DNA from: Legionellaceae bacterium UBA6148
GTDB taxonomy: Bacteria; Pseudomonadota; Gammaproteobacteria; Legionellales; Legionellaceae
DNA length: 64,000 bases
Assembly: GCA_002423125.1 (NCBI GenBank)
Contig: DIUW01000061.1
Span: 197 to 64,196 of the forward strand
Direction of reading: 5' to 3'
Numbering within the stretch: the stretch's first letter is position 1; each line of letters opens with the position of its first letter. The position numbers and the translations under genes are program-made. Below, piece by piece: positions 46,304 through 55,923 of this stretch. The notes below the pieces were generated by a model. It had not been told where the DNA came from. It did no database searches and saw only the letters and a program-made list of their open reading frames with translations.

Positions 46304-47473
46304 CAAGTCGTTGCTAGTTATTTAATCTTTAATCAAAAAAATACTGGACAAATTTCGGTTAAAAAACTCAAGAGCGGACATTATCGCGACTATGCGCTTA
46401 TGCCTTCCATTTAGTGCATTATTTTCCCACTTTAGTTTTGTTTCAGGCGAAGAAAACTGTAGGCCACACCGACCATACCGGTTAAAATATTTAAAATCAG
46501 CTTAGCGCGTTACGGCTTACAAAAATGACGTAAATTTATCATTGTGTAAGCGATCGTTTTCATCGAGTAATGATGCGTACTAATGCGCTCGAATCGTACG
46601 ATTAAGCGTTTAAACTTGTCTTCCCAGGCAAACACACGCTCAATTGTTCTGAAGCGTTCCTTAAAAATAGAAGCACTAAAAAACCGTTTTCTGCCTCGCT
46701 TGCTGGCCTTCCGATTTCGTTTATTTTCATTGATATTAGGCGTCATATTGGCGTTGAAGATCATTTTTCTGTTTTGCTTGCTATCGTAGACCCCGTCAAG
46801 GCTCATGACACATCCTCTCAATGAAAATCCGACGGACTTTGCAATACGCTTCAGTGACTTAAACGCATCCGGAAACATCGGCGATTCGTTTCTATTTCCT
46901 GGCGCTGTTACAAATGGCGCGATAACGTTACAGTTTCTGTCCGATATAGACACTATTTTATCGCCAGTCATGTGTTTATGTCCGCTTCGCCCTATATTGT
47001 CACCACCTTTTTTTGCAGCTGTTGTTGTGCCATCACCGTGAAGAACACTCATATCCACTAAGTTGTTTTTAAAAAGTCTGCTAACTGATGATTCAAAAAC
47101 ACGATCAAAACTACCGTTATCTGACCACGATTTAAAATGACGAAATATGCGTGTGTAACTGATTTCAGGATGACCTGATTCGCTTTTTTCTATCGGCAAC
47201 ATATACCACTGGCAACCTGTGTGCATAAGATGCAGAATGTAGTTAAATATCTTATGATTGGGGATTTTTGGCTTAGGCCCTCTGCGACCGATTGTTAACA
47301 TCGGGAAGACAAATTCATTAAAATATTTTTCGGTTAATGTCGAGGGGATCCTACTCTGGCGTGGCTTCATGTAAATCGACCTCCGTTTTTATTGTTTTCT
47401 GGAGATCTTGGTTTAGTATCTAACTGATTATAAATAAAGGTGTTTCTTCAAATAAATAACTAGCAACGACTTG
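46304..47473 (-). mobile_element. IS5-family insertion sequence (about 1170 bp) with perfect 21 bp terminal inverted repeats
   Basis: caagtcgttgctagttattta at 46304-46324 is the exact reverse complement of 47453-47473. The element encloses a single DDE transposase gene. I could not see a clear target-site duplication. Confidence 0.85.
46510..47370 (-). CDS. IS5-family DDE transposase (DUF4096 N-terminal + DDE_Tnp_1)
   Basis: The N-terminal motif HTGCQWYMLP is characteristic of IS4/IS5-type transposases. DDE-region segments: LHGDGTT, SLDGVYDS, ERVFAWEDKFKRL. Confidence 0.85.
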   Translation of the reverse strand: MKPRQSRIPSTLTEKYFNEFVFPMLTIGRRGPKPKIPNHKIFNYILHLMHTGCQWYMLPIEKSESGHPEISYTRIFRHFKSWSDNGSFDRVFESSVSRLFKNNLVDMSVLHGDGTTTAAKKGGDNIGRSGHKHMTGDKIVSISDRNCNVIAPFVTAPGNRNESPMFPDAFKSLKRIAKSVGFSLRGCVMSLDGVYDSKQNRKMIFNANMTPNINENKRNRKASKRGRKRFFSASIFKERFRTIERVFAWEDKFKRLIVRFERISTHHYSMKTIAYTMINLRHFCKP

Positions 47474-47486
47474 TTATTGATTTATC

Positions 47487-47563
47487 TGGTAGCTATGAGT
47501 GGGCTCGAACCACCGACCTCGGCATTATGAATGCCACGCTCTAACCAACTGAGCTACATAGCC
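47487..47563 (-). tRNA. tRNA-Met (anticodon CAU), elongator-like
   Basis: The reverse complement reads GGCTATGTAGCTCAGTTGGTTAGAGCGTGGCATTCATAATGCCGAGGTCGGTGGTTCGAGCCCACTCATAGCTACCA. It shows a cloverleaf with a D-loop AGCTCAGTTGGTTAGAGC, anticodon loop TTCATAA, T-arm GGTTCGAGCC and an encoded CCA. It closely resembles E. coli metT as recalled. An Ile2 (lysidine) identity cannot be excluded from sequence alone. Confidence 0.9.
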
Positions 47564-47639
47564 ACAAGCGGGTAGATTTTGGCTGTTTTACTGACTCTTG
47601 TCAATGTTTATTTGATTTAATTCCATAGTTTTTTCGGAT

Positions 47640-47683
47640 CTACCGGAATTCCTGGGGTTCTCATACCCCAGGAATTCCGGTAG
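47640..47683. terminator. Perfect 18 bp stem-loop between the htrA stop and tRNA-Met; possible terminator or insulator
   Basis: ctaccggaattcctgggg / ccccaggaattccggtag with an 8 nt loop. T-tracts flank it in the plus sense, so the minus-strand htrA transcript would see A-tracts. The orientation is therefore ambiguous. Confidence 0.4.
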
Positions 47684-47695
47684 AAGCGTTTTTTC

Positions 47696-49070
47696 TTATA
47701 TAATCAAAATATATAATGCTCCTGAGTCTCTCAAGACTTGGATTAATAATTGCTCTTTTTTCTCGTGCGCTATATTTTGTAAGGCCGTAGTGTCGGCTGT
47801 TGCTTTATTGTTAGCGGAAATAATAACGTCACCAGGCCTGACTCCTGCTCTCCATCCGGCACTATTTTCAGATGCTCCAACAATTTGAATTCCTCTAATA
47901 TGGCCATGAAGAGGGGAATCTTGCTCAAAATTGCGAAGGGCTAGCCCATAAAGAAATGGATTATTGGCTTGGAGCTCCTGCTCGTGCTTTTTACTGTCTG
48001 TGACAAGTACACGAAGTTTAAGTTCGTGTCCATTACGACTGACGGTAATGTTTGCATCGCTTCCAACGCGTAGAAGACTAATGGTTGTTTTGACTTGAGT
48101 TGCTTGAGTGATTTTAGTGTCATTGATCTGCGTAATAATATCACCTGATTTTAATCCGGCATTTTCAGCAGGGGATTTTTCATTGACTTGAGACACTAAG
48201 GCACCTTGAAACGTGTCAGGGTAACCCATTGCTTGCGCTAACTCAGGTGTTAGGTATTGTACAAAAATTCCCATTAGTCCCCGGTGAATTGAGCCGAATT
48301 TCACAATTTGTTGAGCAACATCGCGTGCCATATTAATTGGAATGGCAAATCCAATACCCACGTTTCCACCATAAGGTGACAGAATGGCAGTGTTGATGCC
48401 AATCAATTCTCCTTTTGCATTAACTAAGGCACCACCGGAGTTTCCAGGGTTAATGGCGGCATCGGTTTGTATGAAATTTTCAATTCCTTCAATATTGAGA
48501 TCACTTCGCATCATCGCGCTCACAATACCGAATGTGGCTGATTGACTATTGCCAAAACTATTGAGTCCAAAGGGGTTACCAATGGCAATTACAAAATCGC
48601 CGACTTCAATTTTATCGGAGTTGCCAATGGGGAGGCTTTTTAAATTTTTGGCGTCAATCTTTAAAACGGCAACGTCAGTTTCACTATCTGAGCCGATTAG
48701 CTTGGCTTTTAAGCGACGGCCATCATTCAGTGTTACTGTAATCAAGCGAGCGTTACGAATCACATGATCATTGGTAAGAATCATACCACTTTGAGGATCG
48801 ATGATAACTCCTGAACCGATGCTTTGAAATTTACGGGGTTTTTCTCCGGAAGGCCTAGTGGCTGGAACATCGTCATCATCTGCAGAGGGCATCGATCCAG
48901 AAACAATGCCTTGAACGGCAACGTTCACAATCGCAGGCATGGCATTTTTTAAGACCGGTGCTAGTGTTGGCATGTCACTACTGCCAGGTTGGGCTAGAGA
49001 TGAGAGCGATAGAGAAACTCCCAGCATTATCCCCAAAAAGCTATGTATTTTGTTTGTCATGTTCTTCACC
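47696..49070 (-). CDS. htrA: Periplasmic serine endoprotease DegP/DegQ (HtrA family)
   Basis: Signal peptide, catalytic triad regions TNDHV, DVAVLK and GNSGGALV, and two PDZ domains. I chose the start at MTNKIHSF; the ORF track start at 49099 is less likely. Confidence 0.9.
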
Positions 49071-49121
49071 CTGAGTATTTCAGGACTTACAAAAAACAAT
49101 GCTTTGTTATAAGTCCTGTTT

Positions 49122-49934
49122 TTAGTTAAACCAAATTAAGGTTACTATTCTACCCGTTTGTTTTTCAAGGCGATAGGAGTAGTACTTGTTTTTATTGTTA
49201 TTTTCATTTTTAGCTTCGTAAGTACACTGATTTGACTGATAGACGGATTGAATACCGTGATGGTTTAAAATGAGTTCGGCCAATTGAGGCAAGTTTGCAT
49301 AGAGACTTTTATCTTGATTTTTGAAGGCTGCGCTGGTGAATGGAAATTGACTTGTAAACGCTTTGTGAACCTCTTCGCCAGTTTCGTAACATTGCTGACA
49401 GACCGCTGGACCTATCCAAGCCATGAGATCGTGGCTTGGTGAATGCATTTTTATGAGCGTTTCTTCGATAATGCCATTCGCGAGTCCACGCCAACCTGCA
49501 TGAATAGCCGCAATTTCAGTACCATTTGTATTACTAATGACAATGGGAAGGCAATCGGCTGTCATAATGGCGAGCACGGTATTGGGCTGTCTTGTGATGG
49601 CCGCATCAGCAAGTCGATTATCATCATCTTCAACTACAACACAACACGTGCTATGAGTTTGCTCAAGCCAATGTGGAGAGGACGTAAGATTCAGTGCCTT
49701 CATCATCATGTCGCGATTTTGTAAAACATCATCGCGATTATCACCAACATGGAGCGCTAAATTATTTCCATCATAAGGTGGTTGACTGATTCCGCCAGAT
49801 CGTGTGGTTGTTAGGGCAAATACATTGCTTGGCGATGGCCAATTGGCTTCCAAATAACTTCGTTCAATTTTCCCTTCTCCACAGACATGGGGAGAAGGTG
49901 CCCTAGGTGATTTAAGATAGTCCAACATGTTCAT
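49122..49934 (-). CDS. pgeF: Peptidoglycan editing factor PgeF (YfiH / laccase-domain protein); 5' end uncertain
   Basis: NWPSPSNVFALTTTRSGGISQPPYDGNNLALHVGD, TADCLP and IHAGWRG. The first 25 codons or so run through REP copy D and overlap rluD by 23 nt. Confidence 0.8.
   Translation of the reverse strand: MNMLDYLKSPRAPSPHVCGEGKIERSYLEANWPSPSNVFALTTTRSGGISQPPYDGNNLALHVGDNRDDVLQNRDMMMKALNLTSSPHWLEQTHSTCCVVVEDDDNRLADAAITRQPNTVLAIMTADCLPIVISNTNGTEIAAIHAGWRGLANGIIEETLIKMHSPSHDLMAWIGPAVCQQCYETGEEVHKAFTSQFPFTSAAFKNQDKSLYANLPQLAELILNHHGIQSVYQSNQCTYEAKNENNNKNKYYSYRLEKQTGRIVTLIWFN
49865..49910 (+). repeat. REP-like element, copy D (truncated)
   Basis: caattttcccttctccacagacatggggagaaggtgccc carries the family stem with one mismatch. 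The conserved tail is mostly missing. Confidence 0.75.
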
Positions 49935-50883
49935 CCAATAAGGTTAATAATGAATTAAGATCGTCAGGTAAGGCGGCTTCAACGGTTAATTCTTCCTGAG
50001 TCATTGGGTGTATGAATGATAACTTCCATGCGTGCAGTGCTTGACGCTTTAAATCGTGTAGTGCTTGCTGTAAAGCCTCGGTTGCGCCAGCGGGGACTCG
50101 AAGACGAGGGTGACCATAGAGAGGATCGCCTAAAACAGGATGCTTAATATGCGCCATATGTACGCGAATTTGGTGAGTACGTCCGGTTAATAACGTCACT
50201 TCAAGCAAACTAAAATCATGATACGATTTTTTAATGCGGTAGTCGGTAATCGCTTCGCGTCCGTCTTCGCAGACCGCTTTTTTTAAACGATTGCGTGGGT
50301 GGCGTCCATAACCGGTTTCGATTCGGTTGCCGGCAATAATGTGGCCATAGACAAGTGCCATATAATGACGATGAATCTCACGCGCCTGCATCATTCGAAT
50401 CAGCTGAGTATAGGCAACCAATGTTTTTGCAATCAAAAGTAACCCAGTCGTATCCTTGTCTAAACGGTGGATAATGCCTGCTCGAGGAAGGTGAGCATTA
50501 TCGGGGTAGTAATGAAGTAACGCATTGACTAGCGTGTGGTATGGATTTCCTGCGCCAGGATGTACTACTAGTCCAGCTGGTTTATTGATGATAAGTAAAT
50601 GTTCATCCTCAAAGGCAATCTCAAGCGGGATATCTTCAGGACTATCGTGATCGGGGCGTTGGTTCATCGAGTTCAAATCAACGTTCACGTAAATCATGTC
50701 ACCACTGACGACTTTCTCTTTTGGTTTGACTTGCCGTTTTTCTAATAAAATTTGCCCATCTTTCAGCCAATGGGTTAGCTGCGCCCTAGAGTACTCAGGA
50801 AACAGCTGTGCCAAAACGACATCAATTCGCAGACCATGGGTATCTGAGGGAACAATAACTTCAGTTTGAAATAAATGAGTCAT
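49912..50883 (-). CDS. rluD: 23S rRNA pseudouridine synthase RluD
   Basis: S4-like N-domain and catalytic motif HRLDKDTTGLLLIAK, plus GRTHQIRVH. The ATG at 50881-50883 overlaps the miaB stop (TAATG). Confidence 0.9.
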   Translation of the reverse strand: MTHLFQTEVIVPSDTHGLRIDVVLAQLFPEYSRAQLTHWLKDGQILLEKRQVKPKEKVVSGDMIYVNVDLNSMNQRPDHDSPEDIPLEIAFEDEHLLIINKPAGLVVHPGAGNPYHTLVNALLHYYPDNAHLPRAGIIHRLDKDTTGLLLIAKTLVAYTQLIRMMQAREIHRHYMALVYGHIIAGNRIETGYGRHPRNRLKKAVCEDGREAITDYRIKKSYHDFSLLEVTLLTGRTHQIRVHMAHIKHPVLGDPLYGHPRLRVPAGATEALQQALHDLKRQALHAWKLSFIHPMTQEELTVEAALPDDLNSLLTLLDEHVGLS

Positions 50884-52226
50884 TACGCGATTACTTCTGT
50901 CGGTGCACATAGTCGAGCACGTAATGAATTGGGCTGAGCCTCAGTAATGTTAACATCAACAAATTGACCAATTAACTCTGCATGGCCATCAAAATTAACG
51001 ACGCGATTACATTCAGTTCTTCCGGCGAGCTGTTGCGCTCTTTTTTTTGATATTCCTGTAACAAGGACGCGTTGTTTGCTTCCGACCATGGATTCACTAT
51101 AACGTGAAGACTGGATTAATAGTCTGTCTTGCAAGATTTTTAATCGTTGCTTTTTCACATCCATTGGCGTTGGATCGGGTAAATTTGCCGCTGGAGTACC
51201 AGGACGCGGGCTGTAAATAAAACTAAATGACATATCAAAGCCAATGTCGTGTACCAAATCCATCGTATCTTGAAAATCTTTATCAGTCTCCCCGGGGAAA
51301 CCGACAATAATGTCAGTTGAAAGCCGAATATCGGGACGTACTTTACGTAATTTTCGAATTTTTGATTTATATTCAAGAGCAGTATAGCCACGTTTCATCA
51401 TGGATAACACTCTATCCGAACCGCTTTGAACAGGAAGATGTAAATGATTGGCAAGTTCGGGTACTTCGGCAAATGCGTTGATTAAATTATCAGAAAAAGC
51501 AAGTGGGTGAGAGGTTGTAAAGCGTATTCGACCAATCCCATCAATTGCCGCAAGGTAATGAATTAATAACGCGAGATCGGCTTGTTCACCGCCATTCATT
51601 TTCCCGAGATAATCATTCACATTTTGGCCGAGTAAATTGATTTCTCGAACACCTTGAGCTGCTAATTGAAAGCATTCTGCAAGGACATCATCAAATGGTC
51701 GACTGATTTCTTCGCCACGAGTATAGGGTACTACGCAGTAGCTGCAATACTTACTGCATCCTTCCATGATCGACACAAATGCAACAGGGCCTTCGGCGCG
51801 AGGTGGAGGGAGGTTGTCAAATTTTTCAATGGATGGAAAACTAATGTCCACCACCGGTTTGCGAGTGGCTATTTGTTCATCAATCATTGCGGGTAAGCGA
51901 TGTAATGTTTGAGGACCAAACACGAGGTCAACAATGGGTTCGCGTTTAATGATGCTAGCGCCTTCTTGGCTTGCAACACATCCGCCAACCCCAATAATCA
52001 CATGTGGATTATTTTTCTTAAACTCTCGCCATTGTCCTACTTGTGAAAATACTTTTTCTTGAGCTTTTTCACGAATGGAGCAAGTGTTAAGTAAAATGAC
52101 GTCCGCTTCGTTGACGTTATCCGTTTTGATCATGCCATGAGAAGCATAGAGAACTTCTGCCATTTTGGATGAATCATATTCATTCATTTGGCAACCGTTT
52201 GTTTTAATATAAACTTTTTTTGTCAT
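50883..52226 (-). CDS. miaB: tRNA-i6A37 methylthiotransferase MiaB
   Basis: N-terminal [12 protein letters not shown], radical-SAM cluster motif [16 protein letters not shown] and a C-terminal TRAM domain. Confidence 0.95.
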   Translation of the reverse strand: MTKKVYIKTNGCQMNEYDSSKMAEVLYASHGMIKTDNVNEADVILLNTCSIREKAQEKVFSQVGQWREFKKNNPHVIIGVGGCVASQEGASIIKREPIVDLVFGPQTLHRLPAMIDEQIATRKPVVDISFPSIEKFDNLPPPRAEGPVAFVSIMEGCSKYCSYCVVPYTRGEEISRPFDDVLAECFQLAAQGVREINLLGQNVNDYLGKMNGGEQADLALLIHYLAAIDGIGRIRFTTSHPLAFSDNLINAFAEVPELANHLHLPVQSGSDRVLSMMKRGYTALEYKSKIRKLRKVRPDIRLSTDIIVGFPGETDKDFQDTMDLVHDIGFDMSFSFIYSPRPGTPAANLPDPTPMDVKKQRLKILQDRLLIQSSRYSESMVGSKQRVLVTGISKKRAQQLAGRTECNRVVNFDGHAELIGQFVDVNITEAQPNSLRARLCAPTEVIA

Positions 52227-52234
52227 AATTGAAT

Positions 52235-53545
52235 CTACTTCTTAGATGATTTTAGTGAATCTTCATACACACTAACGCAATAGGTTTCGCGTATGAAAGG
52301 GAGAATGATAAGTGCTGCAAATATTGCTAAAGGTAAAATCATGAGTGATGATTGATACGCTGCTAATGAATACACTCGAACATCGTTCGTAATTTCACCA
52401 GACCATGCGTTATCCAATAAAAATCCAATGGCCGGCTGTACTAACGCAATACCGACCATGTTCATCATGTTCATAAAACTTAAACCGGTCGCGACATAGC
52501 GCCGATTGCATAACTCGGTGGCGACAGAAAATGCGGGTAAAAACGCAGATGAAAAAATACCAAATGCAAATAAGGCTACTTGGAGGAGAAGGTGGCTTTG
52601 CATCGGCATATAGATAAAAACAAGTGAAGAGATCAAGCAGCCTATACTTGCGATGTACATCGGTGTTTTTCTACGGCCTATACGATTTGAAAAAATACCC
52701 CAAAGAGGGCTCGCAATCACCCAGCCGACAAAGACTAATGAAGTCGTGTTTGCTGCAATCGTTTTTGTCATCGACATTTTAAGCATTAAAAAGGGTACGC
52801 CCCACAAACCACAAAATACAGGCGTCGCCATATACATAAGGCCGCCATAGAGGGCAACCAACCATAATTGTTTATTTTTTATGAGTTGAGATAGATTTTC
52901 AAGGACATGTTCTTCCTCATAAGGAATTTGTATGTGGGTGGGTTTTACACGAGGCATATCGGAACTAACAAAATAGATCACAAAAGCAAGCACAAGACCG
53001 ATGCTCCCCATGATAATCAGACTTTCTCGCCAACCAAAATGATCCACCATGAGTGATAAAGGCGCTTCTCCTCCTATGGAACCCAGCATACCAATAGTCA
53101 CCATTAGCCCGGTTAAAAAAGCAAAACGTTCGGGGGGAAACCAATTCGTCGCGAGCTTCATCGTGCCCACTACTGCAAATGCAGATCCAAAACCAATCAA
53201 CAAGCGTGCAAGACATGCCATATAAAAACTATGTGTCATTGCAAACACAATCGTGCCTATTGCACACACGGATACAGCAATCGTAAGCAATCGTTTTGGT
53301 CCAAAGTAATCAATCATGACACCACCAGGCAATTGCATGATCGCGTATGAGTAAAAGTAAATACCGGATAAAATGCCAAGCGTTTGACTGGTCACTGAAA
53401 AATCATGCATCAGTTCGTTGCTCATGACACTGGGTGATACTTGAATGAGGTTCTCATAAAAATAAAAGAGACAACCTAATCCCCACACGACCCAGGGCAG
53501 CAGCGCATATGTCTTGGAAGTAATCGGGCGTTGTTTGTTCGTCAT
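52235..53545 (-). CDS. MFS transporter
   Basis: 436 aa with about 12 hydrophobic helices and an MFS loop motif in the GPKR / GRRKT positions. Confidence 0.8.
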   Translation of the reverse strand: MTNKQRPITSKTYALLPWVVWGLGCLFYFYENLIQVSPSVMSNELMHDFSVTSQTLGILSGIYFYSYAIMQLPGGVMIDYFGPKRLLTIAVSVCAIGTIVFAMTHSFYMACLARLLIGFGSAFAVVGTMKLATNWFPPERFAFLTGLMVTIGMLGSIGGEAPLSLMVDHFGWRESLIIMGSIGLVLAFVIYFVSSDMPRVKPTHIQIPYEEEHVLENLSQLIKNKQLWLVALYGGLMYMATPVFCGLWGVPFLMLKMSMTKTIAANTTSLVFVGWVIASPLWGIFSNRIGRRKTPMYIASIGCLISSLVFIYMPMQSHLLLQVALFAFGIFSSAFLPAFSVATELCNRRYVATGLSFMNMMNMVGIALVQPAIGFLLDNAWSGEITNDVRVYSLAAYQSSLMILPLAIFAALIILPFIRETYCVSVYEDSLKSSKK

Positions 53546-53652
53546 TTTTTCTATTTTCCTTTAAGCGGGTAAACAGGGCATTGATTTTTAAAAGGGTATC
53601 AGATTGAACAGTCGTTGTCTATTTTTTGCAGAATATATCCCCTTCCAAATAA

Positions 53653-53828
53653 CAGGGCCAAAACATGTGTGCTTATTAATTATCCACCTCTACGTCGTCC
53701 CGAGCACAGCGAGGGATATCCCTTGATTCAGGAGATCCCTCGCTGCGCGCGGGACGACGTAATTGAGTTCAGTTGAACTAAAAACAAAACCACATCTTAA
53801 TTATTTAATCACACATGTTTTGGCCCTG
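53653..53828. mobile_element. 176 bp MITE with 19 bp terminal inverted repeats and a perfect 10 bp target-site duplication
   Basis: The TIRs cagggccaaaacatgtgtg (53653-53671) and cacacatgttttggccctg (53810-53828) are exact reverse complements. The direct repeat ttccaaataa flanks the element at 53643-53652 and 53829-53838. The core carries a GC-rich palindrome at 53692-53760. Confidence 0.85.
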
Positions 53829-53878
53829 TTCCAAATAACGTCCTTCAATTTTTTTCTAATATTCGCAATCTTAATCAA

Positions 53879-53936
53879 TTGGAGTCTGGACAAGAATACA
53901 TGCAAAAAGACGCATGCAGCGTTGTCCAGACTCCAA
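53879..53936. repeat. Perfect 15 bp-stem palindrome
   Basis: ttggagtctggacaa (53879-53893) pairs with ttgtccagactccaa (53922-53936) across a 28 nt loop that contains a gcatgc repeat. Confidence 0.7.
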
Positions 53937-53950
53937 TAATCAAAGCACTG

Positions 53951-54083
53951 ATTTTCCAGATGACTTCGATCAGCCCCCTCTCCCGCGCGAGGAGTTGGAG
54001 TAATATGATAACGTCTTTCGCGGGAGAGGGTTGGGGAGAGGGTGCCCGTAGGGTGGATGAAGGGATTTTGAATACGTTATTTG
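53951..54083 (+). repeat. REP-like element, copy C (variant with expanded loop)
   Basis: Stem ccctctcccgcg (53976-53987) / cgcgggagaggg (54019-54030), followed by ggggagagggtgcccgtagggtggatgaagggattttgaatacgttatttg, which matches the tail of copies A and B. Confidence 0.8.
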
Positions 54084-54105
54084 TGAGGTATCTGACAGGA
54101 TACGA

Positions 54106-55881
54106 CTAAAATTCTTTCATAAATGGGCTCAAATCTCCCTTGGCATTTATTCGGTACTGGTACACCGTATAAAAAGCAATGATATTTTTCAAATAATTTC
54201 GAGTTTCGCGCCAAGGAAGCGTCTCGATCCAAATATCAATTTGTTTGGGGGGATGGTTCTTCAGCCAATAATTGACTTGAGTTGGTCCAGCATTATAAGC
54301 GGCAGCCATGAGGATAGGATGATGTTGAAATCGTTTATCCAGTTGTTGTAAATAAGCCGTGCCTATGGTTATGTTTTTTACACAAGAGAACAATTGATTT
54401 TTATTGTTGTAGGGTATTTTTTGCTCTTTTGCGATTTTCTGTGCGGTGCTGGGCATGAGTTGCATCAGTCCTTGAGCCCCAGCCGGTGAGACAACGTTTT
54501 CGTGAAATCCACTTTCTTGACGAATGATGGCATAAATCAACGCCTCTGGAATTTGAAAATGTTGAGCGGTTTCGATGATCTCACGATGATGAGTGAGCGG
54601 GAATCGCAATGAAAGTTGATTATTTAAATCATCTGTATTACTCAAATCCACTGCTTTTCCATGCCATTCGAGCGAATTTTGAATCCATTGAACAAATGCA
54701 CTGTTGTCATTTTTTGGCAATTCACTGGCAAAATCATTGGCTAATCGTGAAGCTTGAGGAATTTGGTGAGTTTTGTACAGCGTTTTGATTTGGCTGGTAA
54801 TGGGTTGATATGGGTTCAAACGTTGGCGATCATGCTGGGTGGGTTCATTTTCAAAATGGGGAGCCGTCTTCAATTGAAGACTAGCAAGAAATCCATAGTA
54901 GTGGCGCTTTTTAGAAAGTGCTTGATAAATGACATTGGCTTCCGTAGTTTTTCCTTGTGCCGCCAGTGATCGGGCAAGCCAATATTGCCAACAAGGGTCA
55001 TTTTTTTGTTGAGAGTGAGCGATTAGCTTCGTTACGGTTTCCCATTGTAGGTTTGTCAAAGCATAGCGAATTTCCCACTCAAGTAAACGATCGGTGTAAT
55101 AGTGGGGTTTGATTTTAGCAAACCATATTGCCGTATCTGGATTATTTCGCATCGCTTTGTACATCACTAACGTATTTAGAAATGATTGGCTTTGTTGCTC
55201 ATTGAGCAATTGACGCGTTTTGGGCCGTTGCCAATATTGAATGGCCTGCTCCATATGATTCGGAACAAGTTGTTTTAAACCATAGAGATAAAAATCGCCG
55301 TGAAGTGGGCCAGGTGTTAGATCGGCAATGCGAGTTGGGTTTTGATGAATGGCAAACAGTAGTTTGGCGTCGTTAGTATGTGGTGGTCGGTATTCATTGA
55401 GCAGGTAATTGGCCAATGAGATGTTTTGATCGTCAAGTGCAATACGAATGCGTTGTGTGATGAGTTCCTGTTGTGGATCCGTTTTTAGAAGCCAAGTGAA
55501 TAATGAGCTGCAGCTCGGGGGTTGACTGGTGCTTTGTAACCAAAGGTCCTTGGCAGCAGGAAGTGCAAGCGCCTCTTGGCCTTGGTCGATTCTAGCGAGT
55601 TGTAGATAACATTGGAGGCTGACGTCATTAGATGGTTGATAATAATGTAAAAATCCTTTCCAGTCTTTATTTTGTGCGAGTTGATACAACCATTGGCCAC
55701 GTAATTTTTGTGAGAGCGGTGTGGTTTGTGTAATAAACTCAATAAATTCAGGCGATGCTGTGGTCGGGAGGTTATGATTCCATTGCATGAATTGTTGGAA
55801 TTTTTCTAAATAAGGTTGTGCTGTGGAGATCGAGGCGGTTAGGCAGAGACTGATCCCCAAAGCAATTCGTAATTTATGCAT
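54106..55881 (-). CDS. slt: Soluble lytic murein transglycosylase
   Basis: Signal peptide, a superhelical N-domain and the SLT catalytic block AIIRQESGFHENVVSPAGAQGLMQLMPSTA ... AAYNAGP. Confidence 0.9.
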   Translation of the reverse strand: MHKLRIALGISLCLTASISTAQPYLEKFQQFMQWNHNLPTTASPEFIEFITQTTPLSQKLRGQWLYQLAQNKDWKGFLHYYQPSNDVSLQCYLQLARIDQGQEALALPAAKDLWLQSTSQPPSCSSLFTWLLKTDPQQELITQRIRIALDDQNISLANYLLNEYRPPHTNDAKLLFAIHQNPTRIADLTPGPLHGDFYLYGLKQLVPNHMEQAIQYWQRPKTRQLLNEQQSQSFLNTLVMYKAMRNNPDTAIWFAKIKPHYYTDRLLEWEIRYALTNLQWETVTKLIAHSQQKNDPCWQYWLARSLAAQGKTTEANVIYQALSKKRHYYGFLASLQLKTAPHFENEPTQHDRQRLNPYQPITSQIKTLYKTHQIPQASRLANDFASELPKNDNSAFVQWIQNSLEWHGKAVDLSNTDDLNNQLSLRFPLTHHREIIETAQHFQIPEALIYAIIRQESGFHENVVSPAGAQGLMQLMPSTAQKIAKEQKIPYNNKNQLFSCVKNITIGTAYLQQLDKRFQHHPILMAAAYNAGPTQVNYWLKNHPPKQIDIWIETLPWRETRNYLKNIIAFYTVYQYRINAKGDLSPFMKEF

Positions 55882-55923
55882 AATTAAAACACAACTCCAG
55901 TATTTATACTGCGCGCAGTATCT

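Noticed and set aside
53879-54109. 76 aa ORF upstream of the slt stop.
   Set aside because: It is composed entirely of the 15 bp-stem palindrome plus REP copy C, with no RBS.
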